Shown one piece after another: positions 47,208 to 58,985 of a DNA stretch of 64,000 nucleotides. The DNA is taken from the NCBI GenBank assembly GCA_023334545.1, contig JAADVB010000070.1, positions 1 through 64,000 of the forward strand. The letters are read 5' to 3'. Position numbers and translations under genes: made by a program. Each line of letters begins with the position of its first letter. Positions within the stretch are counted from its first letter, which is position 1. A model generated the notes under the pieces. It worked only from the letters and a program-made list of their open reading frames with translations, searched no databases and was not told the origin of the DNA. The stretch comes from Salisapilia sapeloensis CBS 127946. Lineage: Eukaryota; Protista; Oomycota.

Positions 47208-48650
47208 ATGAAGGAAGAACTAGCACGGAAGGAAGAGCTTTTGGCTGAATCCGAAGACCTTCTTAGTCGAGGTCTCCAGGCTCATGTAGATTTCCATGAC
47301 CAAAATCAAGACCGCTTTCGATTTTTGAAACAAAAAGGCACACTGGGTATCTACGCAGATCTGTCGGCGGAACAAAATGGTCCGCCGGAACGAACCACGG
47401 TGATGGTATCTGGAGTTTTACCAGGAGAGATCCCTACTATTTTAGAAGGACTCTACGCGGATACGAGCGAGGACGTCCAAATCGTCGCGACCATGTCATC
47501 GGGCCGGTACATTCCAAGACTAGTCATGTCTTGATATCTTATTCATGTTTTTATCTCTAGTCCAACGAGCGGATCGGTCATACATGTCTTTTACGGTAAG
47601 GAGAGCCAAGAGAATCAAACGGATGAAGATATTTTCTTTGGTATCAAGCACCAAATTGTGAAAACTCCACTTGGTAAGCTTGTCTCCGATCGAGAGATTC
47701 TAGCCCATGAGCGATCGGGCTACGTCATGCATGAAGGCATCCGGTTCGGTTTCATCTGTACAAAGGCCATGGAGCTAGAGGAACATCCACCGATAGTAAG
47801 TCCATCCACTGTTAGCGCTTGCTACCTCTTCCGTCCCGTCGGAGAGCACTCCATCGGTGTCTTTGTCTTCTCTGACTTTGAGACACCTCCGCTGGGTATT
47901 TCATTTCTTGCCAAGCTAGTGGGTTCAAAATACGCCTCAGCAATGGTGAACGCATTGCTTTCTGGTTACGCGAAAGCGTACTCTGCCTTGATCAAGGAAA
48001 ATAGCGCGGAGAAGCAGGAAGATAGTAAAAACTGCAGCGTATGTGGGTCTCATCCTCTCATTCGAAAACTGCGCCCATGTGCTGGGTGTAGCTCCCAAGT
48101 TTGCTACAACTGCCGCTACCGACGAGTGCTCTTTGCTCTTTGCCCCAAGTCGAAGAAACCGAAGAAAGCGATATTCTGTCGTGTTTGCGTTGGTCAAGTG
48201 GAGAATCAGCTTCCGCTCCCCCACTCTAGTCTGCGTCAGCTCGATTCAGCTGAACGTGAGTGTGTGGGCGACGAGCACGAAGACAAGGATTCCGATGCAA
48301 GCGATCCGTCAACAAAGTCGAGCACGCTGCACCACTCGCAAACTACTTCACGAGCTGACGTCGAAGAATGCGAGAGCTCTGAACCACCGGAGTCTGAGGT
48401 TGAAGCTGAGGAGAATTTGAAAGCAGAGGCGGAGCGTAAAGCGGATCAGTGCATGTACGAAGAGCTAAAAATCTCTGGCGTGCAGTGGAATGAAGAAGAG
48501 CGACAGAGACTCTCTGACGCATGGGCCGAGAGAATACTGAAGCAAGAACAGAGCGAGCTGGAGCGAAAGGCAGAGCGAGAGGAGGAAAAAAATCGTCGAG
48601 AACAAGTCGAGAATGAGGCAAAAGACATTGACATCAGCGTGCTAGATTAA
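47208..48650 (+). CDS. START-like + FYVE-like protein, copy 9 (intron 47507-47560)
   Basis: SGVLPG, FFGIKH, HERSG; CSVC..CAGC..CYNC..CRVC; ends IDISVLD. Confidence 0.85.
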
Positions 48651-48691
48651 GTACCTCCAGACAAAAAGCAGTTTAAATGAGACTTGGGCTT

Positions 48692-50026
48692 TTAGCGTTC
48701 TTCTTGTGGGGTTGATAAGTCTGCTTTAAAGTCTTCCGTCTCCTCTGCATTCCAACTAAGATCGGTGTCACGTTGAGCCCAGAAGGAGGATAGGACGCGT
48801 TCTAAAGCTCTCTCCGGGTCTTCTTTTTTTCGTTCTTTTGTTGCTTTTCCATGTCCAAGATCTGAATCTTCTGATGTGATTGATAAGGTAGAGTTTCTAG
48901 GTTCCCATGAAGTAGGTAGTGATGGCGACGATAGCCCGTTTGACGCTGACTCGCTGTCGTCCATTGTATTCGTATCGCCGGAATGGTTGGATGGTAAATC
49001 TTCCTGATCGACGCGTTCAACTGTGGTAACGCAGACTGCACAAAAGAGACTTGAGTGCACCTTTAGCCCCGTCCGAGAGTATATCTTGCGTCTGTGAAGA
49101 CACTTTCGACATGTATATCGACCGCATCCTTTGCATGGCTTCAGTTTACGACTAAACATGGATGGTGTGTCAGAGCAAATGCTGCATATATCGCTTCGGG
49201 TGGGAACAACTGATGTATTTGACTCGATCAATGCCGAGTACGCCTTGGCTCGGGCGATCATCACGTAGCTAGAAGCAGAATGGACGTAGCTACTGATAGT
49301 GTACTCGAGGAGGGGAGTGAGGTATTTATTGGTAACCTGGACTTCAGTGATGGTAAAGACGCCGACACATTCGTCCATAAAGTGGCGAAAGAGATAGCAC
49401 GTTTGAGTATAAAGTTCAGGAACTTGAAGACGAACGCGGTCTGGTAATTCAGGTAGACTCAACGTTTGTATCGTTTGATACGTTAATTGGTTGCCGGCTT
49501 CATCCAGAATGTGGCCGCTTCGGTCATAGCTGATCATCTGACGATCGGAGATACCAGGCGCACCGACTTTGATATAAGTCCATCGCAAGCAGGCAGACAT
49601 GACGCTTGACTCAATCTTATTTTGCTCGAAGCATTTGATCACCGTCGCATCCGTAAATGCATCGTTGACGAGGCGGACCTTTGTGAGGCAAGAGCCGTCA
49701 TCGTCAATGTCGATTTCTAAACATGAGATGATCTCTTTCATCGAACCTCGAACAAAGCCACTGCACATAAGTGTCAGCAGTGGTGTCCCGTCATCCATGC
49801 ACTTCTGTGTATCGCTTGGACCGTGTGCCTTACGATCAGAGTATACCCGTAGACCTCCCTGTCGCCGGACCAAAGCCCAGTTAGAGTTTTCATTATGGTA
49901 ATGATAGCGCTGATACGTATGCAATGTGCTCTTAACAAGCGCGTCAGAAAGCTCATCTTGTTCGCACTTTCGACCTTCACTGAACACAATCTCGCCAGCT
50001 TCGCGAACGCGATCCGTCAAGTTCAT
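48692..50026 (-). CDS. START-like + FYVE-like protein, copy 10 (intronless)
   Basis: SGFVRG, ACLRW, YDRSG; CSIC..CKGC..CRKC..CAVC; close paralog of copy 12. Confidence 0.87.
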   Translation of the reverse strand: MNLTDRVREAGEIVFSEGRKCEQDELSDALVKSTLHTYQRYHYHNENSNWALVRRQGGLRVYSDRKAHGPSDTQKCMDDGTPLLTLMCSGFVRGSMKEIISCLEIDIDDDGSCLTKVRLVNDAFTDATVIKCFEQNKIESSVMSACLRWTYIKVGAPGISDRQMISYDRSGHILDEAGNQLTYQTIQTLSLPELPDRVRLQVPELYTQTCYLFRHFMDECVGVFTITEVQVTNKYLTPLLEYTISSYVHSASSYVMIARAKAYSALIESNTSVVPTRSDICSICSDTPSMFSRKLKPCKGCGRYTCRKCLHRRKIYSRTGLKVHSSLFCAVCVTTVERVDQEDLPSNHSGDTNTMDDSESASNGLSSPSLPTSWEPRNSTLSITSEDSDLGHGKATKERKKEDPERALERVLSSFWAQRDTDLSWNAEETEDFKADLSTPQEER

Positions 50027-50761
50027 AAGAAGCAGACGTGACTATACTGGTGCGTATCGACAAATGGAGAGCCTTAGTGTCGTGCGCTTGAATACGCTCC
50101 ATGCGAACCGAATAATGAGTTTGGCCGCAGCACGCAAGGCCGGTCATAAACAGTCCGTAAATACATCATTCGTCACTTTTCGCATGGATTGTGGCGTGCC
50201 AATGACTATTCATACACTTTCAAAATCAAGGGAGTTTCAGGTCACGATCTACATACATGTACAAGCAGTCTACCTAACGGTCACCGAGTATTTACAATGT
50301 AAATACGCATCCTTTTGCGTGCACATGAGACCTCGATTAGGGCAAGTAATACCGATCAGTTGGTTCAGCTGAAGTCAACTTTGGAAGCATTTATATGTTC
50401 TAGCGCTCTACTAAATCTACATCGAGTCGACTTTTGCTGCAGAGGGTGCTGCTGTAACGCTGATATGCATGTATCCGCATCGGGAGGGTACAGAACAGAC
50501 GGATGCATGGACGTAAGGGGTCATTCTGGAAATCTGCCAACTTCAAATTATGACGAAAGTGCTTTTGATACATGATCATGTTGGTGATAATTTGCCACCG
50601 TGTCAAAGTTCGAATAAAATAGTAATGGAAAGGCTTAGCATGCAGGGACGCGGTCTTCTATCAGAACTTTAGTCCCAGCTTTCAATCTCCTACACGCCTA
50701 TAGTTCACAATTAGAAGTTTAGTCGAGGTACCAAGCCTGACTAGGTTCATTTGAAAAGAAG

Positions 50762-52072
50762 ATGGATATCAAAGACATGGGTCTCGCCGAGAGGATCCAT
50801 GCTGGCGGTCCTATCGAGTTCTCTCCAGCACGAAAGCAAGCGCTTGACAACCAATGTAGCACCCTCCTTCAGCGAACGATGGAGGCGTATGAAGCGTATC
50901 AGTTTGACAATGATACGAGCTGGAGACTTATTCGGCGACGCAGTGCACTCGGTGTCTACAAAAAGAAACTTCCAACAGCAGAAAACAGCTCAACGTTCAT
51001 GTGCACAGGCTTCATAGGAGGTAGATTTGATGAAATTCCGTTAGGAATGATCACTAGTTCGAATGACGAGTTGGAGACACATCACTCTGTTATGGGAAGC
51101 AACTACATTGATGCAACTCTGGTCGCTAAAGTCGAGCAGGACTCCTTTGATTCGCCTCTATTCTTTTCCATGGTCCGATGGTTAGTCTTTAAACTGGGGT
51201 TCAGTGATCGTCAGACCATGACGTACGAAAGAGGAGGTAGGACCTACGACTCACACGGTCAGGAGCTCATATATCATGTTCTAACGTCAATCGACCTACT
51301 TGAGCTTCCGCGGTCTCTTCACTTGGATCTCCAATACTCGGATGTTCGAATGTGCTACTTGTTTCGACATCTTCGGGAAAACACGATTGGTGTCTTCCTA
51401 CTCAGTGATGTCCAGCTGCCCGACTCCTTTGGCAAATCCTTCATGGAGTACATCTCAGCTGCATACATCATGAACGTTGACTCCTACGTCATTATAGCAC
51501 GCGCTCGAGCTTACTCTGCACTGGTGGCCGCGACCGCCACAAAAGAGTCCTCTGTCAGTTCAAAATGTGATATCTGTCTTGCCCTCCCTTCCTTCATCCG
51601 AGGCGAGCTAAAGAACTGTTCGGGTTGCCTCCGCAATGTATGCCGTAAATGTCGTCTCAATCGCATGGTATTCCGTCGTCGTACGAATATACGCAAGTGC
51701 GAAACTGAACGCTTTTGTAAACGATGTGTCGCGATCGTAGAGCATCCGAAGGATTTCAGTCATGTGCACGAGTTTCGTGGGTACACCCAAGAAGAGTCAA
51801 GCTCTGCAACGATGTCATCTCAAGGATATGAACCTGGTGCATCGTTTAGTTCAAGCGAACAGAGGATGAATTCTTTGAATAGCATGTCAAACGCATCCAT
51901 CGTGACAGCCCATGCTTCTGAACCGCGACAAAGTGAAGTGTCTTATGTAGACACGGAGCAAGAACTTCGAAAACTACTGGCAAACTTACGTGGTGTACAA
52001 AGTATCGGCAGTGTGGACGATATGGCTGGAAGTATGCAATCTTTAAATATGGGAGAAGAGAAAAAAGAGTAG
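50762..52072 (+). CDS. START-like + FYVE-like protein, copy 11 (intronless)
   Basis: TGFIGG, SMVRW, YERGG; CDIC..CSGC..CRKC..CKRC; N-terminus resembles copies 10 and 12. Confidence 0.87.
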   Translation: MDIKDMGLAERIHAGGPIEFSPARKQALDNQCSTLLQRTMEAYEAYQFDNDTSWRLIRRRSALGVYKKKLPTAENSSTFMCTGFIGGRFDEIPLGMITSSNDELETHHSVMGSNYIDATLVAKVEQDSFDSPLFFSMVRWLVFKLGFSDRQTMTYERGGRTYDSHGQELIYHVLTSIDLLELPRSLHLDLQYSDVRMCYLFRHLRENTIGVFLLSDVQLPDSFGKSFMEYISAAYIMNVDSYVIIARARAYSALVAATATKESSVSSKCDICLALPSFIRGELKNCSGCLRNVCRKCRLNRMVFRRRTNIRKCETERFCKRCVAIVEHPKDFSHVHEFRGYTQEESSSATMSSQGYEPGASFSSSEQRMNSLNSMSNASIVTAHASEPRQSEVSYVDTEQELRKLLANLRGVQSIGSVDDMAGSMQSLNMGEEKKE

Positions 52073-52630
52073 TAATCAAACTAATTCATATTGCATATGA
52101 GAATTGCTTTGCGGATACTAGAGGAGTTGGTCCCTTCTCATTCATTTTGCTATCTCTTGCGATCTATGGAGCCACCAGACCAAGCAGAGGTACTCTCGCT
52201 ACTTGACGTTCCGGCTTTAGATAGCAAGTTTGGTCGTTTTCGACGCGACCATACCCATCTCTTTCGACAACTCCATCTTCGGTTACACCTGAGAGGCAAT
52301 GAAGCTTCCCCGGATATTTCGGCTACAGTCGTTGTTCACACTGTGGAGTGATCTTTTTATTGCTTGCAAGAGTCATTTAGCTAGCTGGTAGATCTGGAAG
52401 TCTAAATCCAAACGTTAATCGCCCTATAAACTAATAATTTTTGTGCACGTTCCAAACTTCAACCCCTTCCTTATTTACGATATTAATTATAAATAGTTAT
52501 TTGCTGTACTTTTAATTCTGTTTTTATTTCTAGAACTCGCTAAATTTGAAAAAAAGAAATCGAGCAATCTTTTTTGCTGAGTCCTGCAGCTTAAGCACCA
52601 AAATGCAAATTCTCATGTAAGCTGGAAGGA

Positions 52631-53971
52631 TCATTGTCCTGTGTGTGGATTTGAAGACTCGGTTTTAACTTCTTCTTCTTCCTCCTCGTCAGTATTCCTG
52701 GCTAGATCTGTGTTACGCTCAGACCAAAGCGATGACAGCGCACGCTGTAAGGCTTCGTTCGCATTGTCATCCTCCCTTAGTCTTTCCATGTACCAACGTT
52801 CTAAATTCGAGGATCCGCTCGTCATCGACAGACTGGACTCTCCAGAATCCCACGATGTGGACACCATGGAAGACGACATACCACTCGACGTCGACTCGCT
52901 GTAATACTTGCTATTAGGGCCGCTAGAATTACTTGAAGATATGTTGCTCTGGTCAACGCGTTCAACCGTGGCTACGCAGACGGCACAGAAGAGACTTTCA
53001 TGTATCTTTAGTCCTGTCCGCCGCAAGAGCTTACGCCTATGTAGACACTTACGGCATGTGAATCGACCACATCCTTTGCATGTCTTAAGATTGCGGCTAA
53101 ACATTGTTGGTGCGCAAGAGCAAACGCCACAAATGTCACTGCGGGTGGCAACAACCGACACATCTGACTCCATCAATGCCGAGTACGCCTTGGCTCGACC
53201 AATGGTCACATAGCTAGAAACAGTATTGACATAGTTTCCGGCGATGAACTCAAGAAAGGGAGAAAGAAACTTGTGTGGTGACCGAATCTCACTAACTGTA
53301 AAGACACCAACGTATTCGCCCTTAAAGTGGCGAAATAGGTAGCATGTTTTAACAGGTAGTTCGGGGATCGGAAGACGAATGTGTTCCGGTAGTTCAGGTA
53401 GACTCAACGTTTGTATCGTTTGATACGTAAATTTATTGCCAGCTTCATCCATGATTTGACCGCAGCGGTCATAGCTGATGACCTGACGCTCGGATATACC
53501 AGGCATCCCCAACTTCATGTACGTCCAACGTAAGGAAGCTGACATGACGCTCGACTCAGTGTCGTTCTTTTCTAACCATTTAAGCACGGTCGAATCCTTG
53601 TATGCGTTACTGGCGAGGCGGAGCTTTGTGAGGAATATATCATCGTCATTAATATCGAGATCCAAAGTAGATATAATGTCTTGTATGGAGCCTCGAACGA
53701 ATCCAGTGCACATAAGTGTTAATAACAATGTGCCGTCGTCTGTGTACCTCGTGGCATCGCTCGAACTCTGTGCCTTGCGATCAGAGTATACACGAAGACC
53801 TCCTTGTCGCCGGACCAAATTCCAATTAGAGTTGTCGTTGTGGTAGTAGTACCGTTGATAGGCGTGTAATGTGCTCTGAACAGATGCGTCCGAAAGCTCA
53901 TCTCGCTCACGTTTCCGATCGTCACTAAACGTGATCCCACCGGCTCCTCGAACGCGATCCGTTAAGCTCAT
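52631..53971 (-). CDS. START-like + FYVE-like protein, copy 12 (intronless)
   Basis: TGFVRG, ASLRW, YDRCG; CGVC..CKGC..CRKC..CAVC; close paralog of copy 10. Confidence 0.87.
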   Translation of the reverse strand: MSLTDRVRGAGGITFSDDRKRERDELSDASVQSTLHAYQRYYYHNDNSNWNLVRRQGGLRVYSDRKAQSSSDATRYTDDGTLLLTLMCTGFVRGSIQDIISTLDLDINDDDIFLTKLRLASNAYKDSTVLKWLEKNDTESSVMSASLRWTYMKLGMPGISERQVISYDRCGQIMDEAGNKFTYQTIQTLSLPELPEHIRLPIPELPVKTCYLFRHFKGEYVGVFTVSEIRSPHKFLSPFLEFIAGNYVNTVSSYVTIGRAKAYSALMESDVSVVATRSDICGVCSCAPTMFSRNLKTCKGCGRFTCRKCLHRRKLLRRTGLKIHESLFCAVCVATVERVDQSNISSSNSSGPNSKYYSESTSSGMSSSMVSTSWDSGESSLSMTSGSSNLERWYMERLREDDNANEALQRALSSLWSERNTDLARNTDEEEEEEVKTESSNPHTGQ

Positions 53972-55173
53972 TGCAAGCAGGCGTGTCTGGAATGCTGATT
54001 ATTGGTAAATGAAGGGCATGGATCTCGTTAGTTCGAGGATGCTCTGTGCGAGGAGAATAATAAGCTAGGCCGTCGTACGCAAATTCGGTCATAGACAGTC
54101 CTTGGAGATGGAATTCATCACATTTTGTGCGAGGAATCTCACAATTGTGAATTTGAATCCAATTCCATTTTAGGAGACGTTACAGACCATGGTCTACTTG
54201 CATGTGAAAGAAGTCTATCTAACAGCCATAGACTCTTCATCATGCCAATTAGCGTCACTACTGCACGTCCATGACACCTTTGTCAGGTCATGTAATGCTG
54301 GTCAGGACGTACAACTAAGAATCATCTTTAAATAAAAAGCGAAGATGTATCTATTCTATCGTTCTACTAAACTAGATCAAATAGACTTTTACCGTAGAGA
54401 GTATCTGTGTAATGCTGATACGATCGTATACACAACACAAGTACCTAGAATTTGAAAAGCTATAGTCTCAAAAGCGGCCTGACACTAAGTCAATAAAGAA
54501 GTATTCATGCTATGCTAAGACGCTACCAGTAACTGGATGGCGAGTTTATAATAAAATAAAATGTTCTAACCCGATTTCGAGATTTTTTCAATAAAACGAT
54601 AAAAATCGACCTCATGTGGTTGATTTCTTCCAAGTTTCAAGCGATACTTGATATTTGGCCGACAATTGTTTATCGCTACATTCTTCTGAGAAGGCACGTT
54701 TGTATGATAAAAGCAATATTGCTGGAATGTTGATAAAATCCGATTCTAAGTTTCTACAAGAGAGCATGCAAGCGAACTTGGAGTACAAGATTCTATCTCA
54801 TTGTTTGACGAGCTACTTTGGTGGTCGACTTGAGTTGTCGACAAAACAACCAGGGCATTATCGTACTTTAGGAATATCGTAAAACTGTGCAGGTCGGTGA
54901 GAGTTTGTATATTCGCTGACGCCGCTACGTTTCACTTGGTGTGTACATAAGATCAGGAAACGAAAGTGAAATTTTTTTGATTTCGTCCGAAGACTCGGTC
55001 AGGTATCGTGTAGTCGAGATCTTGTACTGCTACAGATATGAAGACTATTTATTCGGCGGGAACAAGGCCTTCCATCAGAACTTTAGTTCACGCTTTTGCC
55101 TTCCTACACATCTACGTCATAGTTTAAAATCCTGTCATTGTTCTAAGCTTGACAGGGTCCATCTTCAAAGCAA

Positions 55174-55242
55174 ATGTTCAACGTCAAAGACATGAATCTT
55201 ACGAAGAGAGTCCATTCTCGCGACTCCATCGGTTTCCTCTAG
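55174..55242 (+). pseudogene. 5' relic of a copy-11-like START-FYVE gene
   Basis: Reads MFNVKDMNLTKRVHSRDSIGFL-stop, versus copy 11 MDIKDMGLAERIHAGGPIEFS. The upstream ~110 nt (ATCAGAACTTTAGT..CCTACAC..AAGCTTGAC) aligns with 50650-50760. Confidence 0.65.
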
Positions 55243-56424
55243 TGCGCAGGTAGTTGATCACGTTTGATATTTAAAAGATGAGTAAAAATTGTGTATGCAG
55301 AAAGCTATATGCATTGGTGTGGGGTTGCCACATAGTCAGGCATGTATCTAACCTCAACATAGTACTCAAAGGATCTCTACTACGATTTTTCGCTTGGCAG
55401 CGAATGTTCTCTTTGTTCAATTCTTACTCATCGATACGTTATGAACGATCTTAGGGATCAAGGATCGTGCCTGCGCCTCCAGGATCCCAGGCAGGATCCC
55501 GGAAGCCTTCTCCGACCGCTCGCAAGCTACGCAGACTTTCCAGCTAGCCAGACTAAATCCTAGTAGAGTAGTTAGCAGGCAATTTGCATCAATATACCTA
55601 GCACTTTACCATGATACAGCTCATATGTGGAGCCTTTCAGACATGCATAAGTATCGATATGGAGATATCTCCGTATGATCAAAGTGAGGAAATGTTTGGA
55701 AGCGTATGATAAAGATATACCGTCTTCTTAGCAAGACGTCAATGCATTTAATCTCATGGCTAAATGAATATCTCTGCTTTTATTAATAAATCTGCTATAT
55801 CTTGGCTATCTACGTTAGCTGCTTTCAATTTATGTTTGTATTAATATCATATCAATGATTCTGCTTTCCTATGAAAGTCTACTCACGCATCCACATTTTG
55901 GTAACTACCCATGCGAAATCAGCTACAGCTTGGCGGATTCCAATTTAAGTGCTAGATTATCGCAACAGCTTTAGATCCATTTTTTCTAGACAGCAGTCTA
56001 CACATTGTGTCTGGATGAGTTGTACATTAGACACGCAAACGTTTTTACATTTGTTTCTACATTAGAAATTTAGTGTCACGGATCGCTACACTCGGCTCGT
56101 CTGCGATTCGACTTTACCTACTGCCGGTACCATTTAAAAACCTCAACCATGTATCCAAGTGTTGTTTCTGCGTCACGTTCTTTGTGCTCTACATCACACG
56201 CTTCTTAGGCACGAAATAAACTTTTTGTCTTCATTTACAAGATCTGCCACTTCACTATTAATGCAGAAGCTGTTCATGTGCGTATGAAATAACCATAAAG
56301 GAATCTAAATTGCTTCACTGTTTTGATGTTACCAGATTAATAAGCAAAGCTGAGTTCTAGCAGCCGAGTGCTATACGACCTACTATCCCTCTGATATGTA
56401 ACACTCCAAATTGGATTTCGTATA

Positions 56425-57914
56425 TTAGTCCAATAATCGTATATCCAAGGATCCCCACTTCAGGCGTTCGCCGTTCTCACCGTATTTACTCGTTGGTATG
56501 TGTGGGACACTTTTTTCCACCGAGAATCGTTGTAACTCTTCCTCATTCCATACAATGCTTGTGTCTTGCGATGCACAGTCGTTATGAAGTAAGTCTGCCA
56601 AAGCTTGGTCAACATCATTGTCATTCATCATCTCTGACGCCGAGGCTACCACTTCTTTTTCGCTTCTGTTTGAAGGTGTATACTCATAAATACCTGCTTG
56701 ATTGTCTCTATCGAATAAGTTGTGGAAGGCGGCTTCTGAAGGCGAAAGCTCGCTGCGAGCAGTCGAGTCAAAGCCCTCTCTTGAAAAATCAGCTTCCGAC
56801 GACGATGAAGACCCAAAATACAGTGCAAACGATTTTGCTAAATCCCCATCTTGATGATGCAGCTGAACGCCAACAAGGCAGTCCGTACAGAACGTTTCCT
56901 TTTCTGGTCGACAGCATTTCAGCTGCAGTTTGAAAATGACGTGGTTTCGACGACATCGTTTGCATACTTGCTTGTGACAGCCAGCACAACGAACAAGTTT
57001 GCTGAATAGTGGTGGTTGTAACCCACACTGGTCACAAGCGACACTAAGGGATGTCTTCCGTTCAGCTGCTTCAAGCATGAGGGCTGAGAGAGCCTTTGCT
57101 CTCGCAGCTCGTACGCATGAAGCGGCGAATGACATGATGATATTGATAAGCAAATCAGGGACGATGCCCAGAATGAGCTTTGGTACTCGAGCCTTAAGTA
57201 GCCCGAATATACCGACACATCCTTTCGTGACATCTCGATTCAAGAGCACAATGGTGTATTGTGCTTTGGACTTCCTCGAGTGTTTGTCTCTTGTTTCGGC
57301 GGCATTAATCGGGATAATGACGCGGTACGTTAATTTTTCTTGGGCAGCATTGTAGACGTATCCAATGCGCTAGTAGGACTCATTTATGTATCATGCAACG
57401 TAATGGATAATTTGAAGAGTAGTACCTCATAAGTGACAATTTCCCGCGGAGCTGTTAATGGTATAAACGGTAGCTGGAGGGCCTTCCACGTCATACTCTC
57501 GAGGAAAACCCGGGATCCTGGCGGATTTTTCTGGTAGACATGTACGACGGAAGAATCTAGTAGCGTCCGAGGCAAGGTAATGCTGCTCACAACTCGGTGG
57601 ACTTCAGTCGTATCAGCGTATAGACCACGAACAACTTCTTCGGCAGACCCAGGCACGATTCCACTCACTACATAGGCTTGCCTGACTTCTTCGCTAGAAG
57701 ATTTGTCCTCTTGAAAGTAGACCGAAGCAGCTCGTTTTGTTCTGACAAGTTTCCAGTGAGCACATGTTCGCTGCTTTACATGGAAGTTATCGTGTTCTAC
57801 AATCGCTTGATCCAACAATTCATCGGCAGTCTCCGAAAGTTGCTGACGTCGTTCTTCGCTTAGTTCATCAGGGTGAAGACCACTCAAGGCGTCATGCGTT
57901 AACGGTAGGTCCAT
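56425..57914 (-). CDS. START-like + FYVE-like protein, copy 13 (intron 57370-57425)
   Basis: SGIVPG, TYE|RIG; CDQC..CAGC..CKRC..CTDC; ends LDIRLLD. Confidence 0.87.
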
Positions 57915-58183
57915 TTAGCTCGAAGCAAATTAAAAAGTGAAGTGCGATGGGAAGGTCGCATAGAGCAGGTACATGCAGGAAGATTAGAACAAAGTCATGG
58001 ACCGCATGTTTAGACGTATCCCAGTCAAAGGATACAGGAATTTGCATAGGTCTCTGACCAACACAGCACAAAGACAATGGAAATGTAGAAAAAAGTGATT
58101 AAAAGGAAAAAATACATTCAAACTTACCACGAATTAAACTTATCCGGACTTAATATTCCGCGCAAGTTACATCACTTCTATGT

Positions 58184-58680
58184 TCAGTCGACTGAGTTCA
58201 TTTCGAGAGAGCCCCAGTTACGAGATCGACAGGCCTATCGCTTCTTCGTGCTCACTCGAAAGCGTACTACAACACACTGGAAATTGATGCCTTTCATCCA
58301 CATTTCACTCCGCCTCTCCCTGATGTGATGACCGGACTCGCCCCAGCAGACTTGATAGCCCCTTTACCACATCACTCTCTCGGTATGACTTCGGACTGGT
58401 CATTTGACTCGTTCCGTCGCAAGCTTCTGGTGTTAATAGGTTATCGGACACTTTGATATCATCTGGAAGTAGGAAAGGTGTGGACCCTTCTGACAAGATT
58501 GACATGACTTCGTCTGATGGCGACATGGCAAACCATGGTCTCCGACCAATTTGATCTTTCACGGTTTCCAGTCCTGGTGTAGACGTTTTGGCACCATATT
58601 CTTCCGTCGTTAAAAGCCTTATGAATCGAGTATATTTATAAAACGTTTTCCATGATACAATTGGAGCAAAAGATATCGCA
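58184..58680 (-). pseudogene. 3' relic of a copy-15-like START-FYVE gene
   Basis: Aligns with 60750-61250 (MSPSDEVMSILSEGSTPFLLPDD is identical). It carries TGG>TGA at 58305-58307 and frameshifts, and retains only the last FCxxC plus the tail. Confidence 0.85.
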
Positions 58681-58985
58681 TTGGATACCTGTGTATAACC
58701 TTTGGAAATGAAGGTACAAGCGTAGCATGCGACTAATGCACCTTGGATTGCGACTGGTAGTTTCAAGTGAGCTATGACTCTCGCGATAACGTTCAAGCCC
58801 GCATTTAATTACATGAAGACAGAGGCCAATTTGGGCGGTCCAACGCTACTACAATCAAGGTCGCTTCAAAGAGCAACTGGTCTAACGATACCGGACTAAG
58901 CGGTAACCTACGATAATTTCTAGCAGTCGAGAATCATATGAACTAAAGACTATTAACTGACACCACGAAAGAGTTTGATACTATA

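Larger units (their letters stand above)
48692..55260. repeat. Segmental duplication: 48692-~50830 versus 52631-~55260 (divergent gene pair unit)
   Basis: Copies 10 and 12 are colinear paralogs. Their 5' flanks share blocks such as CGGTCATARACAGTCC and AGTCTAYCTAAC. The far ends match the copy-11 promoter and start. Confidence 0.75.

Noticed and set aside
52091-52351. 86-aa ORF between copies 11 and 12
   Set aside because: Starts at TTG, has no motifs and no relation to the flanking family.
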